Of a stretch of 64,000 nt of DNA, positions 58,467 to 64,000 are shown piece after piece. The DNA comes from Candidatus Eiseniibacteriota bacterium (GTDB taxonomy: Bacteria > Eisenbacteria > RBG-16-71-46): contig JBGAML010000005.1 in the NCBI GenBank assembly GCA_044223005.1, positions 160,001 through 224,000 on the forward strand. The letters run 5' to 3'. Under the pieces are notes generated by a model, which did no database searches, was not told the DNA's origin, and was given only the letters and a program-made list of their open reading frames with translations. A program made the translations under genes and the position numbers. Numbering within the stretch: the stretch's first letter is position 1; each line of letters opens with the position of its first letter.

Positions 58467-58896
58467 CTCCAGGCGTGAGCAGACGCGCACCGATGCTGTG
58501 AGCGCGGCCGGGGACGCACACCGGAGGTGGACCTGGTATCGCCCACACCCGGATCATGTGCTCCAATCGCTCTTCGCCGTGTACTGGACGGTCTGGTGGT
58601 GGTGCGGCCTGCTCCCCGAACCGTACGCACGAGGCGCGATGCTGGCCGTCGCCATCGCGTTCCTGGTGGACGGGCTGGTTCGGCGCCTGCGCTTGCAGAT
58701 CCTCATTGCCGTCGCTTTCGCCGCCTATGCTCGCTGGGGCCTGATTCTCCTGGCGCGACTCGGTCAGAATCTCGGCGACCCGCGCGTTCCTCACGTACTG
58801 GCGATTGCCATCCCGGCCTACCTGCTCGTCATGGCCCAGTACCTCCCGTGGGCCTCGTGGTGGAACCGATGGAAGCTCCGGGGAGGACGTGCATGA
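58456..58896 (+). CDS. Small Trp-rich multi-TM hypothetical protein 2
   Basis: WTWYR, YWTVWWWCGLL, LPWASWWNRW. Confidence 0.65.
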   Translation: MSSDSRREQTRTDAVSAAGDAHRRWTWYRPHPDHVLQSLFAVYWTVWWWCGLLPEPYARGAMLAVAIAFLVDGLVRRLRLQILIAVAFAAYARWGLILLARLGQNLGDPRVPHVLAIAIPAYLLVMAQYLPWASWWNRWKLRGGRA

Positions 58897-59249
58897 GCTC
58901 GAACTGGTCTTGGTGGCGGAGCGAGGGCAATACGTCCAACGCGTGGCTCCTTGCTCTGCTCTGGACGATCTGGTGGTGGCGCGGAATGCTGACCCACCCG
59001 ACGCTCCAGACACTCTTCGTCTTCGTCCTCGCGGTCCGGATCACCCTCCGCGGGATCGACACGCGGCAGGCCGCGCTGGTGATCGTCGGTACGATCTTCA
59101 TGGGCGTCGGCTGGTTGCCGCCGCTGCGCGTACCCGATAGCTTCGACCGGGAGGCGGCGAGGATGACCGCGATCTGGGTCGGCGTGATGCTCGCACTGCT
59201 GCCGTGGGGGAAGTGGTTGCGCGGCCTGCGCGCGCGCGGCGCGGCCTAG
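58893..59249 (+). CDS. Small Trp-rich multi-TM hypothetical protein 3
   Basis: SD GGAGG, ATGA overlap; WSWWR, LWTIWWWRGML, LPWGKWLR. Confidence 0.7.
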   Translation: MSSNWSWWRSEGNTSNAWLLALLWTIWWWRGMLTHPTLQTLFVFVLAVRITLRGIDTRQAALVIVGTIFMGVGWLPPLRVPDSFDREAARMTAIWVGVMLALLPWGKWLRGLRARGAA

Positions 59250-59351
59250 CCCCGTCAGCGAGCGGACCGGAAACAGGAGCTCGACGCCATCAGCGAACTC
59301 GACCCCGCGACACCCATCGCCTCCGGCCTCGAGCCGATCCACGGCCCGATC

Positions 59352-60392
59352 GTGCGGCCGTTCGAACCCTGGGAAGCCGTGTGCTGGAGCCTCGTCGTGC
59401 CGGGGCTCGGGCACGTGCTGCAGGGCGAGCGCGCGCGGGGCGTCACGGCGCTGGCGATCGTCGCCGGGCTCGCGCTCATGGTGGCGGTGATGTTCTTGAC
59501 GCCCGGCCTGCCGGTGCTGCCGGGCTGGATCGCCCTCGGTCTCGCGGTCGTCTCGGAACTGGTCGTGGCGTGGGACGCGTTCCGGTGCGCGGCGCGCCGC
59601 GAGTCGGCTTCGGCGCGGATCGAGAGGCGGACGAACCGGGATCCGTGGAAGGCGCTCCTGCTCTCGAACCTGCTGGCCGGGGTGGGGCAGTGCTACACGC
59701 GCCACTGGCTGCTCGGGCTGTTCCTGCTGGTGCTGGCCGGCCTCTCGCAGATCCGGGACACGACGCCGTTCAAGATCGCCGCCTCGCTCGTCGGCATCGT
59801 CGCCTGTCTCGATGTCGCGCTGAGGTTCCGCGGCGCTCGCACTCTCGATCGCCGCCGGGCGCTGGTGTACGTGGTCGCGCTCGTCGCCGCCGGCGTGCTC
59901 CCGGCGCTCGCCACCTTCGCCGTCCGGGCGACCTTCGTGCAGGCCTACCGCCAGCCGGGCCCGGGCATGTCGCCGACGCTGCGGGAGGGCGAGAGGTTCT
60001 TCGTCGACCGCACCTCGCGTGGACACGCCGCGGTCGGCGACGTCGTCGTCTTCCGCGTGCCGGGGCAGCGGGGATCGGAGTTCGCCAAGCGCGTGTTCGC
60101 GCGTGCGGGCGACGTCGTCGAGTTCCGTGCGGACGGCGCCTGGCGGAACGGGCACCGGGAGGTCGCACCGCCCGTGGTGCAGCCGGCCTCGCTGCAGGCC
60201 GTGGCGAGCGAGGGCGCGCCGCTCACCGTTCCGGCCGGAATGGTGTTCGTGACGGGCGACAACTGGCTCAACAGCCTCGACAGCCGCACGTTCGGTCCGA
60301 TTCCCGAGCGCGAGATCCGCGGGCGCGCCTACAAGGTGTATTCGCCTCCGGGCCGCGAGCACGCGCTCGACCGGCCGTTCCCTGCGCGCTGA
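59352..60392 (+). CDS. Signal peptidase I (S26)-like protein with duplicated N-terminal TM module; catalytic Ser position is Gly (start may be ATC 59289)
   Basis: YRQPGPGMSPTL, GDVVVF, FAKRV, FVTGDNWLNSLDSRTFGPIP. Confidence 0.85.
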   Translation: MRPFEPWEAVCWSLVVPGLGHVLQGERARGVTALAIVAGLALMVAVMFLTPGLPVLPGWIALGLAVVSELVVAWDAFRCAARRESASARIERRTNRDPWKALLLSNLLAGVGQCYTRHWLLGLFLLVLAGLSQIRDTTPFKIAASLVGIVACLDVALRFRGARTLDRRRALVYVVALVAAGVLPALATFAVRATFVQAYRQPGPGMSPTLREGERFFVDRTSRGHAAVGDVVVFRVPGQRGSEFAKRVFARAGDVVEFRADGAWRNGHREVAPPVVQPASLQAVASEGAPLTVPAGMVFVTGDNWLNSLDSRTFGPIPEREIRGRAYKVYSPPGREHALDRPFPAR

Positions 60393-60470
60393 GGCCCCTC
60401 TGGCACACCGCCGACGCAGCGGCTATCGTGCCGCCACCTTGTCCGCGTCCCCGGGGGGAGATCCGCCGCC

Positions 60471-62156
60471 ATGCTCGAACGCCTGACCGTTCGTGACCTC
60501 GCGCTCGTGGAGCGTGCCGAGATCGAGCTCGGCCGCGGCCTGCACGTGGTGACGGGCGAGACGGGCGCGGGCAAGTCGCTCGTCGTGGATTCGCTCGGGC
60601 TGCTGGTCGGCGCGCGCGCCGATGCGGATGCGGTTCGCGAAGGCGCGAAGTCGGCGAGCGTGCAGGGCGAGTTCCGCCTGGGGCCCGACGCGGCCCGGCG
60701 CGCCAACGGCCTGCTGGAGGAGTGGGGCATCGCGTTCGACGGCGAGACGCTGATCGTCCGCCGCGAGGTCTCGAGCGAGGGCCGCAGCCGCGCGCAGGTC
60801 AACGACACCACGGTGACGCTGGCGTCGCTCAAGCGCCTCGGCGAAACGCTGCTCGACCTGCACGGCCAGCACGAGCACCAGAGCCTGCTGCGCGAGGGCG
60901 CGGCGCTGGCGACGCTCGACCGGCTCGCGGGGCTCGATGCCGAGCGCACCGCGTACGGCGAGGCCCTCGCGGCGTTCCGCGAGGCCGAGGGCGAGCTGGC
61001 GCGGCTCACGGCCTCGCTCGCGACGTTCGCGGAGCGGCGCGACTACCTCGCCGCGGCGGCGGCCGAACTGGACGAGGCCCGCCTGGCCGAGGGCGAAGAG
61101 GAGACGCTGCAGATCGAAGCCGCGCGCCTCGCGCACGCGGACCGGCTGCGCGAGCTGGCCTCGACGGCGCTCGAGCGGCTCTCCGAGGGCGAGGCGGCGG
61201 CGACCGCGGCGCTGGCGGCGGCGCAGCACGCGTTGCAGCAGGCGGCGGCACTGGATGCGAGCCTGGAAGAGACGCTGGCGCCGGTGCAGGAAGCGGCGAT
61301 CGCGGCCGAGGACGCGAGCCGCGCACTGGCGCACTACCTGGACGGGCTCGAGGCGGACCCGGAGGCGCTCGAGCGAGTCGAGGCGCGGCGCGAGCTGTAC
61401 GCACGGCTCGTGCGCAAGTACCGGCGCGCGGTGCCGGAGCTGCTGCGCTGGCGCGACGAGCTCGCGGCGGAGCTGGCCGAAGGCGCCGACGCCGACGGCG
61501 CGCTGGAGCGCGCGCGCGAGCGCGTCGCCGCGACCGAGCGCGCGTGCATCGCGCGCGGCAAGGCCCTCACCAAGGCCCGGCAGGCGGCGGCGCGGCAATG
61601 GTCCGCGGCGCTCACGAAGGAGCTCGCGCCGCTCGGCTTCCCGCACGGGGGCGTGGCGTTCGACGTGCTGCCGTTCGCCGACGGCCGGCCGGGCGCGACG
61701 GGCCTGGACGAAGTGCTGCTGCAGTTCCGGCCAAATCCGGGAGAACCGGGCCGTCCGCTGCAAAGAATCGCCTCGGGAGGGGAGCTGTCCCGCGTCATGC
61801 TCGCCCTCAAGTGCGCCCTGCAAGCCCGTGACCGCGTTGACCTTCTGGTCTTCGACGAAGTAGATTCAGGGATCGGCGGTGCCGTTGCACAGGCCGTCGG
61901 GGAGCGTCTCCGGCGCCTGGCCGAGCACCGCCAGGTCATTTGCGTCACCCACCTGCCCATGATCGCCGCACTGGGAAGCCGTCACTTCGCCGTCTCGAAG
62001 TCGACGACGAATGGCCGTACCCGCGCGAGGATCGTGGAGCTGGAACCAGCGGACCGGGTGGAGGAACTGGCCCGGATGCTGGCGGGTGAGCGGGTGACCG
62101 ACACGACCCGGCGCCAGGCACGTGAACTCCTGGCGAGCCCCGCGCCAAAGGCCTGA
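60471..62156 (+). CDS. recN: DNA repair protein RecN
   Basis: TGETGAGKS, DLHGQHEHQSL, ASGGELSRVMLALK, FDEVDSGIGG, CVTHLP. Confidence 0.97.
   Translation: MLERLTVRDLALVERAEIELGRGLHVVTGETGAGKSLVVDSLGLLVGARADADAVREGAKSASVQGEFRLGPDAARRANGLLEEWGIAFDGETLIVRREVSSEGRSRAQVNDTTVTLASLKRLGETLLDLHGQHEHQSLLREGAALATLDRLAGLDAERTAYGEALAAFREAEGELARLTASLATFAERRDYLAAAAAELDEARLAEGEEETLQIEAARLAHADRLRELASTALERLSEGEAAATAALAAAQHALQQAAALDASLEETLAPVQEAAIAAEDASRALAHYLDGLEADPEALERVEARRELYARLVRKYRRAVPELLRWRDELAAELAEGADADGALERARERVAATERACIARGKALTKARQAAARQWSAALTKELAPLGFPHGGVAFDVLPFADGRPGATGLDEVLLQFRPNPGEPGRPLQRIASGGELSRVMLALKCALQARDRVDLLVFDEVDSGIGGAVAQAVGERLRRLAEHRQVICVTHLPMIAALGSRHFAVSKSTTNGRTRARIVELEPADRVEELARMLAGERVTDTTRRQARELLASPAPKA
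61837..61866 (+). promoter_or_regulatory. Putative internal sigma70 promoter in the recN 3' end serving trpE-trpG
   Basis: TTGACC-N18-TAGATT, created by codons atypical for this genome (GTT GAC CTT, GTA GAT TCA). Confidence 0.5.
62011..62097 (+). CDS. Putative Trp leader peptide MAVPARGSWSWNQRTGWRNWPGCWRVSG overprinted on recN (+1 frame)
   Basis: ATG 62011, TGA 62095-62097, five TGG codons, ends 68 nt before trpE. Confidence 0.55.
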   Translation: MAVPARGSWSWNQRTGWRNWPGCWRVSG

Positions 62157-62165
62157 GCCCATCCC

Positions 62166-63628
62166 ATGCTCGTCCCGACCCGCTCCGAGTTCCACGCGCT
62201 CGCCAAGACCGGCAAGCTGGTGCCGGTCTATCGCGAGGTCTTCGCGGATCACGAGACTCCCGTCTCGGCGTTCCGCAAGATCCACGACGGCCCCTACGGC
62301 TTCCTGCTCGAGAGCGTGGAGGGCGGCGAGAAGTGGGGCCGTTTCTCGATCCTCGGCAGCCGGCCCTCGCTCGTCTTCCAGGCGCGCGGCGGCCAGTGCG
62401 AGGTCGTGCGCGAGGGCGTCGCCACGAAGCTCGCGGGCCATCCGACCGAGGAGCTCGCGAAGCTCCTTCGCGAGCATCAGGCGGTGGCGCTCCCGGGCCT
62501 GCCGCGCTTCTGCGGCGGCGCCGTCGGCTACCTGGGCTACGACACGGTGCGCTGGTTCGAGCGCGTGCCCGAGAAGGCGGCCGACGAACTGCACCTGCCC
62601 GACGCGGTGTTCCTGTTCGGCGACGTGGTGAGCGTGTTCGACAACCTGACGCACACCATGAAGGTGGTGACGCACGCCCGCGGCGGCGACGACCCGGATC
62701 GCGCGTACGACGCGGCGGTCGCGCGGCTGAACGCCGAGGTCGAGCGCCTGCGCAAGCCGCAGGCGTGGATCGAGCCGCCGGCGTGGGGCGAGGCGAGCGA
62801 ACCGAAGTCGTCGGTCAGCAAGGAGCGCTACATGGCCGCCGTCGAGACGGCCAAGGAGCACATCCGCGCCGGCGACATCTTCCAGGTCGTGCTCGCGCAC
62901 CGCATGAGCGCCGACGTCTCGCAGCCGCCCTTCGAGGGCTATCGCGCGCTGCGCGTCACGAATCCCTCGCCGTACATGTACTACCTGCAGCTCGGCGACT
63001 TCGCGATCGTGGGCAGCTCGCCCGAGGTGCTGGTGCGCCGCACCGACACCACGATCGAGGTGCGCCCCATCGCGGGCACGCGCCCGCGCGGCCGCACGCT
63101 CGACGAGGACCAGCAGCTCGAAGCCGAGCTGCGCGCCGACGAGAAGGAACGCGCCGAGCACGTGATGCTCGTGGACCTGGGCCGCAACGACATCGGCCGC
63201 GTCACCGAGTTCGGCACGGTCGAGACCAACGAGTACATGGTCACCGAGCGCTACTCGCAGGTGATGCACCTCGTCTCCAACGTGCGCGGCCGCGTCCGCG
63301 GCGAGATGACGCCGCTCGACGTGGTGCGCGCGACGTTCCCGGCGGGTACGGTCTCGGGCGCGCCCAAGGTGCGCGCGATGGAGATCATCGAGGACCTGGA
63401 GCCGGTGCGGCGCGCGATCTACGCAGGCGCCGTGGGCCACTTCGACTACCACGGCAACCTCGACCTCGCGATCGCCATCCGAACGCTCGTCTACGCGCAT
63501 GGCAAGGCGTACTGGGGCGTGGGCGCGGGGATCGTCGCGGACTCCGACCCGGAGCGCGAGTGGGAAGAGACCATGAACAAGGGCCGGGCGCTGTGGCTCG
63601 CGGTGCAGCGGGCGGAGCGGGGGGCGCG

Positions 63629-63632
<4 letters not shown>
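62166..63632 (+). CDS. trpE: Anthranilate synthase component I
   Basis: FLLESVEGGEKWGRFS, GDIFQVVL, NPSPYM, SSPEVL, PIAGTRPRG, EHVMLVDLGRND, SGAPKVRAMEII. Confidence 0.95.

Positions 63633-64000
<368 letters not shown>

Overview
Very GC-rich bacterial chromosome segment. Several secreted proteins end in an FlgD-Ig/T9SS-like C-terminal domain, which suggests a diderm lineage such as Ca. Eisenbacteria (inference only). The left ~37 kb is accessory. It holds a TPR protein, a 3057-aa secreted matrixin/propeller/Ig protein with a separately encoded pro-domain-like partner, a divergent Ser/Thr kinase-TPR and FecR/DUF928-like TPR pair, a GH32/43-Kelch protein, an ECF sigma/zinc anti-sigma module with YHS, CMD and ArsS-type radical SAM genes, transporters, BNR propellers and aroC/aroF. 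The right ~27 kb is core: tRNA-Val, thrS, infC-rpmI-rplT-pheST, zapB/zapA, 6S RNA, rny, a YmdB-FolD fusion, xseAB, ispA, dxs, NAD kinase, recN and trpE/G. The best findings are regulatory: (1) a 5-Trp leader peptide with alternative pairings and its own promoter, hidden in the +1 frame of the recN 3' end ahead of trpE; (2) an F/W/Y-rich leader peptide before aroF; (3) a Firmicutes-type L20 leader and ATT start for infC; (4) a shared TGTAAC-N16-GCAC ECF promoter motif. Other notable items are the YmdB-FolD fusion and an inserted cassette of three Trp-rich membrane paralogs plus a signal peptidase I lacking its catalytic Ser. No CRISPR array, integrase or transposase was seen. All family assignments come from motif recognition by eye, not database searches.
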